Shown here piece by piece: positions 25,631 to 39,350 of a DNA stretch of 64,000 nt. Below the pieces are notes generated by a model. The model searched no databases, was not told where the DNA came from, and saw nothing but the letters and a program-made list of their open reading frames with translations. The position numbers were made by a program, and so were the translations under genes. Source of the stretch: Ophelia neglecta (Eukaryota); assembly GCA_965285935.1 (NCBI GenBank), contig OZ260666.1, positions 37,138,001 to 37,202,000 on the forward strand, in the 5' to 3' direction. Position 1 is the stretch's first letter; each line of letters opens with the position of its first letter.

Positions 25631-26775
25631 GTAAGGCACTTGGTTAAGTTGAGAAACTGGCAAAAAAACAGTTTGAGGGCTAGTTGTCAATAGGCATTTA
25701 ATTGTTTAATGCTAATATTATTTGATGAAGAGCAAAATTAATATTCATGTAATGTATTATCTTGGAATAGTTTGAGATAGGACACATGGATCAACTCACT
25801 AAAAGTTTACTTCTAGCATCTCACTTCTACACTTATGAGTGATTTATATGGTGTCACAATTCATCCTAAGTAAGCTACAATAAATTGGAAAACATTATGT
25901 GACAGGATGAGTACAATATGAACAAAATAAAACACAATACAACAACAAATACAGAATAATAACATCATATATCATGAGACCGACCATAAAGGTTAATATA
26001 GTGGTGACAAAAAAAGGAGAGGTATAGCAATGCTTAAAATGTCTCAAAGAATTATTATTCTGCATGTTTAAGTAAATGGCCATGCGGGTAACATGACAAA
26101 TTATCCCAAGTAGAAAATTAGCTCTCATCATCATCAAAGGCTATCCTAGATGCATACATTCATTTTTACTTTCATTTCCTAATTCAGGAGCCAATATGGC
26201 CTCTACTTGGGTTTGCAAACTTTGATGGTATATAGGATAAGACCCATCTTTTTCCATTCATATACTTTGAGATCTACTTGCGCCTGTATATTTAGAGCCT
26301 TGCCGCGGTCCCTATTATAGGACAACCTATCCTGGTGTGAAATACATCTTAGTATTACTTGCAAGTATACAATGGTCATATGAAAGTACTTAGACTGTCT
26401 GGTGTTATGTTCATAAAATTTGTCAATAAATAAAAATATACATTTGACACAAACCAGAATCAGATTATGGGCAATTCTAATATGAAAACCTGTAAGGTAT
26501 AAGTAACCCTCCATGGTAGTATTTTAGTCATGATCATTAGCTGTTGAGATGGGAATAATCTATGGGAACCAGTGATAATAAATACTGTTGTTTTTGCAAT
26601 TTGAAAAGTGGGTCAGGATAAGAAGTACCTGTACCTCTGAATGTAATGTTTTTCATCTAATGTGCAAGATTCAGTTGAAACAAAGTGCATTTTTTGCTGA
26701 TATAGGCCATTCTTTCCCCGCTATAATTTAAGAGATCATTTGTGGTTGAAATCTTTAAAAGAATGTCTTTTGCAG

Positions 26776-26912
26776 GTACCAAGTGGGTTACACCCTTGAC
26801 ACTGTCACCCTGCTGATTAGTGATGCCACAGAAGAGGAGTCGTGTGAGTACACCCTCAAACTGGAGAACCCTGCTGGCGAGGACACCTTCTCTGTCACTG
26901 TCATTGTCATCG
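26776..26912 (+). CDS. Ig I-set exon, C-terminal half
   Basis: cttttgcag| ... G|gtaagt; TVTLLISDATEEESCEYTLKLENPAG. Confidence 0.9.
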
Positions 26913-28577
26913 GTAAGTACTAGGTGTCACTCTATTATAGTAACCTTCATATCCCTCATTTCTCATATTAGATCTTTGGGGGATTCAATAGATATATATC
27001 ACCAGGCAGGCTCAAACATCCTTAGTCAAAATATCTAGGCAGACCAGTTACATGAAGAGAAGTCACATGCACTTAGACATAAATTGTTATCCGGTTTATA
27101 TCTATGAAGTGTGCATATCTTTATGATACGAGTGGAGTCGTGACTGACCCAGTTATACATCACATTCTTTAGGATGATATATAGATGTGTCCAGGGTTAT
27201 TGAATAAAGTTGGTCTCTTTTAATCCGTCTGTCAAAGACTATCTGTAATGAACACTTGGCTTTGGACTTTGTGGTAGCTGATGGTAAACACACTTCACCC
27301 AAGATTGATATAAGTTAAGGTGATATTACAGGTATCATGAAATAGGCTAGATGGGGGTAGACCTAAAGCTTTAGCACACTCTTGTTGATCTCAGGGGGCA
27401 ATTTTGCAGATAAGAAATCGTAGTTAGAGTGAAAATGTGTATACAATGCAATATTATCTAAACATGACACAGATACATGTACATATTAAAGTGTATATTA
27501 CGGGTTAATTGAGGGAAGACATTCCTGCATATTCTCTGTGTTTTTATTGAACTGATCTCAGGTGTAACGAGACTATTACAGGTATATTTAAATGAGGGGT
27601 CTGCTCTATCAGATAGTAAAGGACTTTGTCACGCCCCTTGGTGAAATGATTAGGCTGTAGCTGAATAATTCAAGGATACATGGCATATCAATAACAGCGG
27701 AGGAATAGCAGGCCACTATTTAAGTCTGACAAGGCTAAAACCGATGATATGTAAATAATAGTTGGGATCCAATTTGACGAGATGAAACTCATGCCAAGAA
27801 TTACACATGTAGAAATCACCACCAGCTCTGAATTGGATAAAATATGTATTCAGCGGATAAAGAAATGGGTTAAGGAGACCTACTTACATGGGCGTGAGTG
27901 TTGACATTGACATAGATGGATTAATCCTATTTTATACCACCTACATCTACATGTAAATGATTACTGAAGAAGATTACTTGCCAATGATTTGACAAGTAAA
28001 TGGTATCAGTTGAAATCCTTCTTTAAATGATACATGTACATACAATGTAACTAGTAACATGTAAAAGTCATTGTACTAGAATTGCCAAATACTCCACTTG
28101 ATCCATCCCATCTAAAACCTGTACATGTACACAAGTTTAGGCTTGAATTTGTGACAAATCACATAATATTTCATAGTCTAATCTGAGTATGCCAGTCGGT
28201 AGATTGCTTGACACACACCAGTGTAGTTTATGAATTTTAATGTATTTAACTATGCCAAATATCCTCATCATAATGATTTATTTCAATACTGTGTGTTAAA
28301 ATAATTCAAAGCTGACACATTCCTTCCACCGTAGTTATGGAAAACACAGCTATAAAATTGTACCCTCTGAATCTTTTAACATTTTGGCTCCCTTTTCTGC
28401 GGAAAAATACAACTATGGTCACAACTTATAGAAGTCCAAGTGGTTGACACAACCTTACCAATGATCACTGACACTTCTGAACTGTACAGACACCTGTGTC
28501 CTGGTTAGAGCCCCCAAACTGCTCTAGGAGACAAGCAGCCATTAACCATGCCTTTAATCTGCGGGGTGTCTTTTCAG

Positions 28578-28889
28578 TACCTGAGCCTGTGCCTGAGGAG
28601 CCTCAGGGCAGCCCCCCAGAGTTTATAATCACTCTCCAGCCTACCAAGGTCAAAGAAGGGGAGACTGCCGAGTTCAACTGCCGGGTGTTGGGAGAGCCCA
28701 CACCGGAGCTCACCTGGTACGTCAATGGACAGATCATTGAGACCACGGGCCGCTACACCTTGTTGGAGAGAGAGGAGCTGACGGTGTTGGAGGTCCATGA
28801 GGTCATCCCCAAAGACACTGGAGATTATAAGGTCACTGCCAGGAATCCATTCGGCGAGGCTAGCTGCACAGCCAACCTCAATGTTGAAC
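28578..28889 (+). CDS. Ig I-set exon
   Basis: cttttcag| ... C|gtaagt; FNCRVLGEPTPELTW...DTGDYKVTARNPFG. Confidence 0.93.
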
Positions 28890-29105
28890 GTAAGTTCTGA
28901 GAAAAGCATGCAATGCATGTCACCAACACTAACACTCAGTTTACTTAATTTTAGTTACACAGATCAAGTATTAAAAAAGAAGGTTGTTGTATTTTTTCAT
29001 GTGATTTCATTTTGGTTGCATTTCTTTACAATGTGAGGTTGTGAATCACCGGAGACTCCTGCCCTGACTAACCCTGCATGACATGTCCCTGTTTGTTTAT
29101 CACAG

Positions 29106-29417
29106 CTGTACCTAAGACTAGACCACCCCATTTCATTGTCTCTGTCGAGTCTGCCGAAGCCACAGTGGGTGACGAGGCAAAATTCTTCTGTAAGGCATTA
29201 GGCCAGCCAGTCCCCGAGATCTTGTGGTATTTGGATGGTCAACAAATTTCAAACAATAACAGGTTTATTGTGAAGTGCAATGATTGGGAAGATGGTGATG
29301 ACCAAGGCCAAGAGAGCCTGCTAGTTGTTTTGGATATTATACCAGAGGACAATGGCACTTTGGAGGCTAGAGCTATCAATGAAGTAGGACAAGTGTCCTG
29401 TGAGGCAGAGCTCCTTG
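29106..29417 (+). CDS. Ig I-set exon
   Basis: tttatcacag| ... G|gtatgc; FFCKALGQPVPEILW. Confidence 0.92.
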
Positions 29418-29904
29418 GTATGCTTGACACATTTACATACATACTAACTACCCGTTCACACTTTATTTCATCATATTGGAATCTCCTAACTGTCATGTTT
29501 GTCTTCATATGATGATTTATATGATGTTAAATGTTATAACTTTCCTTTGGTATAACTCAGCACATATCTATTTACTCACCACTTGTAATTACCTTGTTAT
29601 TTACTTGCTGCTTTCATTGAATGTCATAAATTATTTATATAATGTTGTTGTTTTGTGTATATAAATGTTGTATGCCATACTACTAACATGAATTGTTTTT
29701 CCTCCTACCATGTACAACCTTTAAATAATGCCCTTGAAGCGTTACCTGCTTTACGTTAGATTTATAAAGTTTATTGCTTTAAGTATACAAAAAAGCTTGC
29801 AAGTGTATATACATGTACATAGCTTATAAATGACAATATAAATGCCAATATACATTGCATTAGAGGAATAAGAATATATTATGCCATGTTCCGTCCAAAT
29901 ATAG

Positions 29905-30498
29905 CCAAGTCAAAGGACCTGCCACCAGAGTTTACTGAGGTCTTTGAGTCCACCGTGATAGAGGTGAAGAAGAACATGACTCTTGTCTGTAAGGTGATTG
30001 GCAAACCAGAACCTGACACTAAGTGGTTCAAAGATGACAAGGAAATAAAGCCTACCTTTAAGAACAAGATCACCAAAGAAGGTGAAGTTTGCACCTACCT
30101 CCACAGCAGTGTCACCCTGAAAGAGACCGGTGTGTACAAGTGTGTGGCCACAAACAGAGCAGGCGAGGCCACACATGAAGCTCCCGTCACCATCACAGAG
30201 AAGATGGAGCCGCCTGTCTTCACGCAGAAACCTTATAACAAAGATGTGAATGAGGATGCCAAGGCTCGTTTTGATGCCAAGGTCAAGGGAAAACCGCTGC
30301 CAGAGGTCACATGGTTCAAGGATGAAGAGCCTGTTAAATCCAATGGAGATATCAAAATTGACACTCGAGAGGTTAAAGGAGAAGTTGTGACCTATCTACA
30401 GTTTGACAAATGCAAGGAGGAGCATAAAGGAGATCTAACATGCAAGGCTAATAACCCTGCAGGAGAAGCTCAAGTCACTGCAAAACTCAATGTCAAAG
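29905..30498 (+). CDS. Two-Ig exon (diverged paralogue of the repeat-unit Ig-Ig exon)
   Basis: aatatag| ... G|gtaaat; IEVKKNMTLVCKVIGKPEP...EKMEPPVFTQKP. Confidence 0.92.
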
Positions 30499-31378
30499 GT
30501 AAATTTGATAGTCTATTGTGTGTATTGTGTACATTGATTTCCATTTCCAAAGATTTTAGGGGTCACTGTTTGTATTTTTAATGTAAGGTGTCACAAAGTG
30601 AATAAGGTAAAGGCAGGTATTTATTCACAGAAATGGGCTCAGTAATTCATCCCCCCCCCCCCCCCCCCGCCCAACTGTTTGTTGCAGAACACTGTTTGGG
30701 AGTGAGGTTAAAAAAATTGTTTTACTTGTGATAAAAATAACTTTATTAAGTTAAGTACCAATGGATCTAACAGGCAGTGTTTTATGTTTGTGCTAGCAAT
30801 CCTGCCAGAAAGCTGTATGCAGTATTTGATAATTATTACTTAAAAATAGAGATGTCCAAGGGAAGATAGTCATGCATCTGTCACTACCCTATGTTGAGGT
30901 ATGAGCTAAATGGACATCAAACTCTATATTCACACACATGTAATTAGATAAATGGCAATTTACCTTGCAAACTGTAGAAGAAATTGCATTAAAAATCGAC
31001 CTTGGAAATCCATCTGGGCCCTGAGTACCGGTAGTAATGCTGGCCATATGCAAACCCTGGTCTTATAGTTACCCATTTCCAAGCCATACGTGCTTTTGGG
31101 TCTTTCTTTAGCCACAGTGTGGTTTCATCTGCCTGGTTATGGTGTTGAATTGTATATGGGAAATATGTCAAATTACCAATCATTTCCCTTATAACACTTC
31201 CCTTGTTTTTGCCTATGACAGCTGGATTTAATTAGACAGGTGGTAGTCGAGGGTCCTTTTATTTACTTTGTATGGTCTACAGAATGCATGCACATATATG
31301 AAGGATTGAAGGTACATATAGTTCTGTTGAATAGCATTTTTCTCTGCCATTCAATTGTTGTTAATTACTATACTACAG

Positions 31379-31666
31379 TCAAAAAAGAGAAGCCAAAGAT
31401 GTTCAAGAAGCCCTCGGATGTGACCATCAATGAGGGTGAAGATGCTTACTTTGAGGCAGGTATAACTGGCAAACCTGCTCCCGTTGTAGAGTGGTTCCTT
31501 GGTGAAACCAAGCTAGAACCCTCCGACAGGATCATCCACGAGCCTAATGGAACTATTTTCAAACTTAAAATGAAGGACTGTAAGCCAGAAGAAACTGGAC
31601 CAATCACCGTAAAGGCTACAAATGACCAAGGCACTATCAGCGGAACAGCCAGCCTAACAGTAAAAG
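31379..31666 (+). CDS. Single-Ig exon
   Basis: tactacag| ... G|gtgggc; DAYFEAGITGKPAPVVEWF. Confidence 0.9.
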
Positions 31667-32462
31667 GTGGGCTTTAGGCGTGTTAATGGCATGGATTTTA
31701 CATTTTTACTGGCAGCATCCTTAGAGATCTGCATGGTATTCTTTTTGACCAATAACCATCTCATGACTTACAACATAGGGAAAACTGAAACATACAACAA
31801 TTGGTGCCTTGCAATGTATTATGTTATGCATGAATTTCAGTGTGAGCATGCCTGTTCCCTACACCCTCTACATGCTTAATGATCCTATTGCAACTTTCCT
31901 TGGCATTGAAGAGCCATGTGTGCAGTGGAGCATCACTCCAGATGAAGCAAACAATTTTTTTGCGTGATATTTAATGACAAGGCTTATGATGAGAAGAAAC
32001 ACCAGACTAATATTCCTAGTGTGCTGTTTTGTTTCTGGACTCCTGGCTGTTAGACATTGACACTAAGTTTGGTAATGTAGTCTGTTGTTTGTTTTGGTAT
32101 TAGAGTCAATTTTGACAATGTTGTCAGTTTGAGCATCGTTTTCTACCTGTTCATGTGAAATATGGCTTGTTGATACCTGAGTTCCCTGAGGCGAAAACCC
32201 TATTTGTATAAACCTCTATTCTGGTTAGTTTGTTATTAGGATACGTTTTGAAACTGCTTATTTGTTTTTTGTTGTATTTATACGGTAGCTACTTCTGTCT
32301 GCAGTTTTTATTGGTTGTAGAGTTATTTAAGGCTGGGGGGTCTTTATATGAAATTTGTAAAAAATGGTAGGATTTATTCTCACTGACTGGCTCTTCTCAT
32401 TGTATGCACTGACCAAACATTTAATTCGAGAGGGGTCTCTCAAATATCAAAACATTTTACAG

Positions 32463-32611
32463 AGCTGCCCAAAGCTGAGGAGCCTGAACCTGTTCAGGAG
32501 GTAGTTGAGGAGCTTCCTCAGGAGGTTGTAGAGGAACAGCCTCAGGAACCACAACCTGAACCTAAACCCAGCATGGAACCACCAGTGTTCACCGAGATCT
32601 ACAAGGAAACT
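32463..32611 (+). CDS. PEVK-like exon ending in the first strand of the next Ig
   Basis: ttttacag| ... ACT|gttagt; ELPKAEEPEPVQEVVEE...EPPVFTEIYKET. Confidence 0.88.
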
Positions 32612-32969
32612 GTTAGTATTGACTTCACTAAGTAGTCCTTGGTGCTGAAAATCTTGCGTTGTGATGGCAACAGCTATTTATGCTATTTGATAGTGAACCA
32701 CTTATTATTTAATAAGGATTATTCATTTTCATACTTCCACAGATTAGCCCTTTAAGTGACATTGTTTTTCCTTAGTGGCCACATTAATCCCCTTGATACT
32801 CCCAACTGGGGAGATGTATATTGGCACAATTAGCAAATTTGAAATTGATAAACCAAGGATCCTTTTACAACATTATTTATTCACAGATTTCATTATTATT
32901 TATTATTAGAACACAGGTTTCCTGCTCTTAAAGGCAATTTCATTTACGTATTTTGTTTCGAATTTGAAG

Positions 32970-33513
32970 ACCATTGAGGTGAAGAAGAACCTTGTTCTGA
33001 CTGCCAAAGTCACAGGGAAACCTGAGCCTACTGTCAAGTGGTTTGTAGACGGAACCGAGATCAAGCCAACATTCAAAATAGTAATGAAGAAAGAGAATGA
33101 AGTATGCACACTGACCATCTCAGGGGTCACCTTGAAGATGACAGGAGTGTACAAATGCGTTGCCACCAACGAGGCTGGAGAAGCTATTCACGAGGCTAAG
33201 ATAACAGTCTGCGAGAAGATGGAGCCTCCAGTCTTCACACAGAAACCAGCAAAGAAGAATGTTGTTGAGGGCAGCCCAGCTAAATTTGAGGCCAAGGTCA
33301 AAGGCGTTCCGGTTCCTGAGGTGATCTGGTACCGAGGTGAGGAAGAGGTTGTGCCTACTGAGCGAGTCACAGTGACCACCAAGGAGGTGAAGGGTATTGT
33401 CCACACCATTCTCACATATGACAAGTGTGTTGTGGAGGACATATGTGACCTCAAATGTTTTGCCAAGAATCCGGCTGGAGAAGCAACTTGCACTACTACA
33501 CTCAATGTGAAAC
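32970..33513 (+). CDS. Repeat unit 1: two-Ig exon
   Basis: ttgaag| ... C|gtatga; 544 nt. Confidence 0.9.
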
Positions 33514-33730
33514 GTATGAATGCTTTGACGTTTTAGCATGCTTTTCAAATTTCCCAATAATTTCCAGGGTTTCCTTCATTTAAAGGTGATGCTTTGTAGC
33601 TAAATCCAAAGAATACTTCTATATATTTCAAGTATATGATTAATTGGAAAGTTCTGGCACGGAAGCAATATTTTTTAGGAAATATTGGCCACATTTAAAT
33701 TAGTTTTCTCTCCCTTGGTATTATCAACAG

Positions 33731-34015
33731 TCTATACAGAAAAACCAACGGTAAAGAATCTAACTGATGTAGAGATCATGGAACAGGAGGATGCTGTCTT
33801 TGAGACAGAGATTACAGGGAAACCAGAACCCACGGTTGAGTGGTTCTCTGGGTCCGTCAAACTGGAGCCTTCTGATAAGGTTATCATTGAAAAAGAAAAT
33901 ACAAAGTGCAGACTGACACTGAAGACATGTGAAGTCAATCAGACTGGGGCCATCTCAGTGAAAGCCACTAACGATGTTGGTTCTGAGAGTTCTAAAGCCA
34001 AATTGACAGTCAAAG
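33731..34015 (+). CDS. Repeat unit 1: single-Ig exon
   Basis: tcaacag| ... G|gtatgt; 285 nt (alternative acceptor 33740). Confidence 0.9.
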
Positions 34016-34320
34016 GTATGTTGTATGCGTTCGGCATTGTGTGGACATTCTCCTTTTATTCCCTGTTGTTGTTTCTACTAGTGTGCTAAAGTGTATTTAT
34101 TAATGAAGTTTCTGCATGGTGATCTTCTGAAGGTGCTATGGTGTTCCACACGTTCAAAAAGTCTTTTGATTCAACATTTTATTATTGTGAAGATCATTAA
34201 ATGTCATTTGCTTGTAAAGAATTCCCTCACCTGTTGTATCACCTTTCCATTGATTGCCAATTACAAGTGTGTTTTTCTCTGGTTTGTCTTTCACTGTCCA
34301 TAATACCTCCCTGTTACCAG

Positions 34321-34443
34321 CCCCTGTTGTTGAAGAACTTGTACCTGAAGAAGAGGACACCACAGAGTTTGCTTTTTCTCTTCCTTCTCCTGAGCCTGAA
34401 ACTGAAATTGCGACTGTTGAGGAAACAGTTGATATAGTTGAAG
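34321..34443 (+). CDS. Repeat unit 1: acidic linker exon
   Basis: gttaccag| ... G|gtataa; 123 nt, APVVEELVPEEED... Confidence 0.82.
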
Positions 34444-35419
34444 GTATAAAAATGAGCATGACTTTCCCCGTTGCTTATGAGTTTTTGATATTTTCACTTA
34501 TATTTAATAGCATCCAGTAGGATTTTGACACAACTGTTGTTTTCTGTTTAACATTGTTAAGCAGATAGTTTGCATACTGTTCGCGCAAAGATGAAATCAT
34601 TCATGACTGCTCTGTGCAATTTATTAATTGATAGTTATTTTTCCTGAATGCACATATATGTAAGCATTATGTGTTTGGAGAATAATCTTTTAATTCTTCC
34701 CTAGCATTTGACTCCTAGTTTTATGGTAATGCTAAGGTTGCACATCCTGTGCTCCCGAATTGCCGATAGACAGAATGTTTTGTATCCTAGATATAATGAT
34801 ATGGGTCGTGGGGAATGTGATGATAGTTATTAGCCGGGATTTGATTAGTTATAGATAATCGAATGGCACTAGAAACCCCTCTCTCTAGTGATTTGCTTGA
34901 TTGTCATCCTGCTAAGATCTGCCTTAGTCATGATTGTTTATGGGCAAACCACAGTCTTAGTTGTATTTTCGTCCACTGTTCTAAAAAATGTGGTCACATG
35001 ATTATGATCTGAGTATGGTCTGTTGACATTCCTACGCAGACTAATTGAACAGAACAAACTAGTCTTACATGTTGTCATCAGCTGTTTTATGTTCTCAAGC
35101 ATGTGTCAGAAATACCCATGTTTGCCATTTGAATATGACTATAAGTGTCATATAGAAAGCAGATTCACTGTTCATTAACTGTTTATTGGAAATAGGAAAT
35201 ACCTTGAACCTAATAGTGGTAGTATGGTTTATTTCTTCAATATGAACTTGGAAGTTGTGAAACTTAATAACAGAAATTGTTGGAGCTTAGTAATGATGTC
35301 ATTATCTGTGGGATTATAAAAATAAATCCTCTTTGAAAATATTACCTTAATTTCTACTGTACTGTGAACAAGCCGAGTTTTGTGGGAATAATCATATATG
35401 GGGCCATGGGATATTACAG

Positions 35420-35589
35420 AGAAACCAAAGACGCCAGAACCAGAACCAGAGCCTGTCGTAGAAGAGCAGGCGCCGGAGCCTGAACCAGAACCAGAGCCCG
35501 TCACGGAAGAGCAGGCCCCAGAGCCTGAACCTGAACCCAAAAAGCCTGATACGGAACCGCCGAAATTTACAGAAGTCTTCCAAGATACT
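35420..35589 (+). CDS. Repeat unit 1: PEVK-like exon
   Basis: attacag| ... ACT|gttagt; EKPKTPEPEPEPVVEEQ. Confidence 0.85.
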
Positions 35590-35774
35590 GTTAGTTTTGA
35601 TTCTTATATGTTTAAGATTGTTATCTGACTATAAATCTTTATTTATATAGTATCGTTTGTCAGTTAAATACACATTATGAAAGAAAAAAATGGGTGGTTC
35701 CATGAGTTTCCTAGTTCCACCAAGAGTCAACTTCCCATAGCACCAGATTTATTGACGTTTATCTTCGCTTTAAG

Positions 35775-36318
35775 ACCATTGAGGTGAAGAAGAACCTTGT
35801 TCTGACTGCCAAAGTCACAGGGAAACCTGAACCTACTGTCAAGTGGTTTGTAGACGGAACCGAGATCAAACCAACATTCAAAATAGTAATGAAGAAAGAG
35901 AATGAAGTATGCACACTGACCATCTCAGGGGTCACCTTGAAGATGACAGGAGTGTACAAATGCGTTGCCACCAACGAGGCTGGAGAAGCTGTTCACGAGG
36001 CTAAGATAACAGTCTGCGAGAAGATGGAGCCTCCAGTCTTCACACAGAAACCAGCAAAGAAGGATGTTGTTGAGGGCAGCCCAGCTAAATTTGAGGCCAA
36101 GGTCAGAGGTGTTCCGGTTCCTGAGGTGATCTGGTACCGAGGTGAGGAAGAGGTTGTGCCTACTGAGCGAGTCACAGTGACCACCAAGGAGGTGAAGGGT
36201 ATTGTCAGCACCACACTCACATTTGACAAGTGTGTTGTGGAGGACATATGTGACCTCAAATGTGTTGCCAAGAATCCGGCTGGAGAAGCAACTTGCACTG
36301 CTACACTCAATGTGAAAC
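35775..36318 (+). CDS. Repeat unit 2: two-Ig exon
   Basis: ctttaag| ... C|gtacga. Confidence 0.9.
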
Positions 36319-36535
36319 GTACGAATGCTTTGACGTTTTAGCATGCTTTTCAAATTTCCCAATAATTTCCAGGGTTTCTTTCATGTAAAGGTGATGCTTT
36401 GTAGCTAAAGCCAAAGAATACTATTATATATTTCAAGTATATGATTAATTGGAAAGTTCTGGCACGGAAGCAATATTTTTTAGGAAATGTTGGCCACCTT
36501 TAAATTAGTTTTCTCTTCCTTGGTATTATCAACAG

Positions 36536-36820
36536 TCTATACAGAAAAACCAACGGTAAAGAATCTAACTGATGTAGAGATCATGGAACAGGAGGATGCT
36601 GTTTTTGAGACAGAGATTACAGGGAAACCAGAACCCACTGTTGAGTGGTTCTCTGGGTCCGTCAAACTGGAGCCTTCTGATAAGGTTATCATTGAAAAAG
36701 AAGAAACAAAGTGCAGACTGACACTGAAGACATGTGAAGTCAATCAGACTGGACCCATCTCAGTGAAAGCCACTAACGATGTTGGTTCTGAGAGTTCTAA
36801 AGCCAAATTGACAGTCAAAG
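36536..36820 (+). CDS. Repeat unit 2: single-Ig exon
   Basis: tcaacag| ... G|gtatgt. Confidence 0.9.
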
Positions 36821-37127
36821 GTATGTTGTGTGTATTTGGCATTGTGTGGCCACTCTCCTTTTATTCCCTGTTTGTCGTTTCTACTAGTGTCCTTAAGTGT
36901 ATTTATTAAAGAAGTTTCTGCATGTTGATCTACTGAAGGTGTTATGATATAACACACGTACAAGAATCTCTTGATTCAACATTTTATTTATTGTGAAGAT
37001 CATTAAATGTCATTTGCTTGTAACTAAATTCCCTCACCTTTTGTGTCTCCATTCCATTGGTTGCCAATTACAAGTGTGTTTTTCTCTGGTTTGTCTTTCA
37101 CTGTCCATAATACCTCCCTGTTATCAG

Positions 37128-37250
37128 CCCCTGTTGTTGAAGAACTTGTACCTGCAGAAGAGGACACACCAGAGTTTGCTTTTTCTCTTCCTTCTCCTGA
37201 GCCTGAAACTGAAATTGCGACTGTTGAGGAAACAGTTGATATAGTTGAAG
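37128..37250 (+). CDS. Repeat unit 2: acidic linker exon
   Basis: gttatcag| ... G|gtataa. Confidence 0.82.
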
Positions 37251-38231
37251 GTATAAAAATGAGCATGACTTTCCCCGTTGCTTATGAGTTTTTGATATTT
37301 TCACTTATATTAAATAGCATCCAGTAGGATTTTGACACAACTGTTGTTTTCTGTTTAACATTGTTAAGCAGATAGTTTGCATACTGTTCGCGCAAAGATG
37401 AAATCATTCACGACTGCTCTGTGCAATTTATTAATTGATAGTTATTTTTCCTGAATGCACATATATGTAAGCATTATGTGTTTGGAGAATAATCTTTTTA
37501 TTCTTCCGTAGCATTTGACTCCTAGTTTTATGGTAATGCCCAGGTTGCACATCCTGTGCTCCCGAATTGCCGATAGACAGAATGTTTTGTATCCTAGATA
37601 TAATGATATGGGTCGTCGGGAATGTGATGATAGTTATTAGCCGGGATTTGACTAGTTATAGATAATCGAATGGCACTAGAAACCCCTCTCTCTAGTGATT
37701 TGGTTTGCTTGATTGTCATCCTGCTAAGATCTGCCTTAGTCATGATTGTTAATGGGCAAACCACAGTCTTAGTTGTATTTTCGTCCACTGTTCTAAAAAA
37801 TGTGGTCACATGATTATGATCTAAGTAGGGTCTGTTGACATTCCTACGCAGACTAATTGAACAGAACAAACTAGTCTTACATGTTGTCATCAGCTGTTTT
37901 ATGTTCTCAAGCATGTGTCAGAAATACCCATGTTTGCCATTTGAATATGACTATAAGTGTCATATAGAAAGCAGATTCACTGTTCATTAACTGTTTATTG
38001 GAAATAGGAAATACCTTGAACCTAATAGTGGTAGTATGGTTTATTTCTTCAATGTGAACTTGGAAGTCGTGAAACTTAATAACAGAAATTGTTGGAGCTT
38101 AGTAATGATGTCATTATCTGGGGGATTATAAAAATAAATCCTCTTTGAAAATATTACCTTAATTTCTACTGTACTATGAACAAGCCGAGTTTTGTGGGAA
38201 TAATCATATATGGGGCCATGGGATATTACAG

Positions 38232-38401
38232 AGAAACCAAAGACGCCAGAACCAGAACCAGAGCCTGTCGTAGAAGAGCAGGCGCCGGAGCCTGAACCAG
38301 AACCGGAGCCCGTCACGGAAGAGCAGGCCCCAGAGCCTGAACCTGAGCCCAAAAAGCCTGATACGGAACCGCCGAAATTTACAGAAGTCTACCAAGATAC
38401 T
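38232..38401 (+). CDS. Repeat unit 2: PEVK-like exon
   Basis: attacag| ... ACT|gttagt. Confidence 0.85.
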
Positions 38402-38586
38402 GTTAGTTTTGATTCTTATATGTTTAAGATTGTTATCTGACTATAAATCTTTATTTATATAATATCGTTTGTCAGTTGAATACACATTATGAAAGAAAAA
38501 AATGGGTGGTTTCATGAGTTTCTTAGTTCCACCAAGAGTCAACTTCCCATAGCACCAGATTTATTGACGTTTATCTTCGCTTTAAG

Positions 38587-39130
38587 ACCATTGAGGTGAA
38601 GAAGAACCTTGTTCTGACTGCCAAAGTCACAGGGAAACCTGAACCTACTGTCAAGTGGTTTGTAGACGGAACCGAGATCAAACCAACATTCAAAGTAGTA
38701 ATGAAGAAAGAGAATGAAGTATGCACACTGACCATCTCAGGGGTCACCTTGAAGATGACAGGAGTGTACAAATGCGTTGCCACCAACGAGGCTGGAGAAG
38801 CAGTTCACGAGGCTAAGATAACAGTCTGCGAGAAGATGGAGCCTCCAGTCTTCACACAGAAACCAGCAAAGAAGGATGTTGTTGAGGGCAGCCCAGCTAA
38901 ATTTGAGGCCAAGGTCAAAGGCGTTCCAGTTCCTGAGGTGATCTGGTACCAAGGTGAGGAAGAGGTTGTGCCTACTGAGCGAGTCACAGTGACCACCAAG
39001 GAGGTGAAGGGTATTGTCAGCACCACACTCACATTTGACAAGTGTGTTGTGGAGGACATATGTGACCTTAAATGTGTTGCCAAGAATCCGGCTGGAGAAG
39101 CAACTTGCACTACTACACTCAATGTGAAAC
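38587..39130 (+). CDS. Repeat unit 3: two-Ig exon
   Basis: ctttaag| ... C|gtacga. Confidence 0.9.
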
Positions 39131-39350
39131 GTACGAATGCTTTGACGTTTTAGCATGCTTTTCAAATTTCCCAATAATTTCCAGGGTTTCTTTCGTTTAA
39201 AGGTGATGCTTTGTAGCTAAAGCCAAAGAAAACTTCTATATATTTCAAGTATAGGAATAATTGGAATGCTCTGGAACGGAAGCAATATTTTTTTTTTGTA
39301 AATGTTGGCCACATTTAAATTAGTTTTCTCTTCCTTGGTATTATCAACAG

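Noticed and set aside
26913-28577. Possible transposon relic in an intron
   Set aside because: No terminal repeats, target-site duplication or recognisable transposase/RT ORF visible; would need a repeat-library search.
30651-30668. Poly-C run (also poly-G ~23067-23079 and poly-C ~9692-9701)
   Set aside because: Simple homopolymers with no supporting context.
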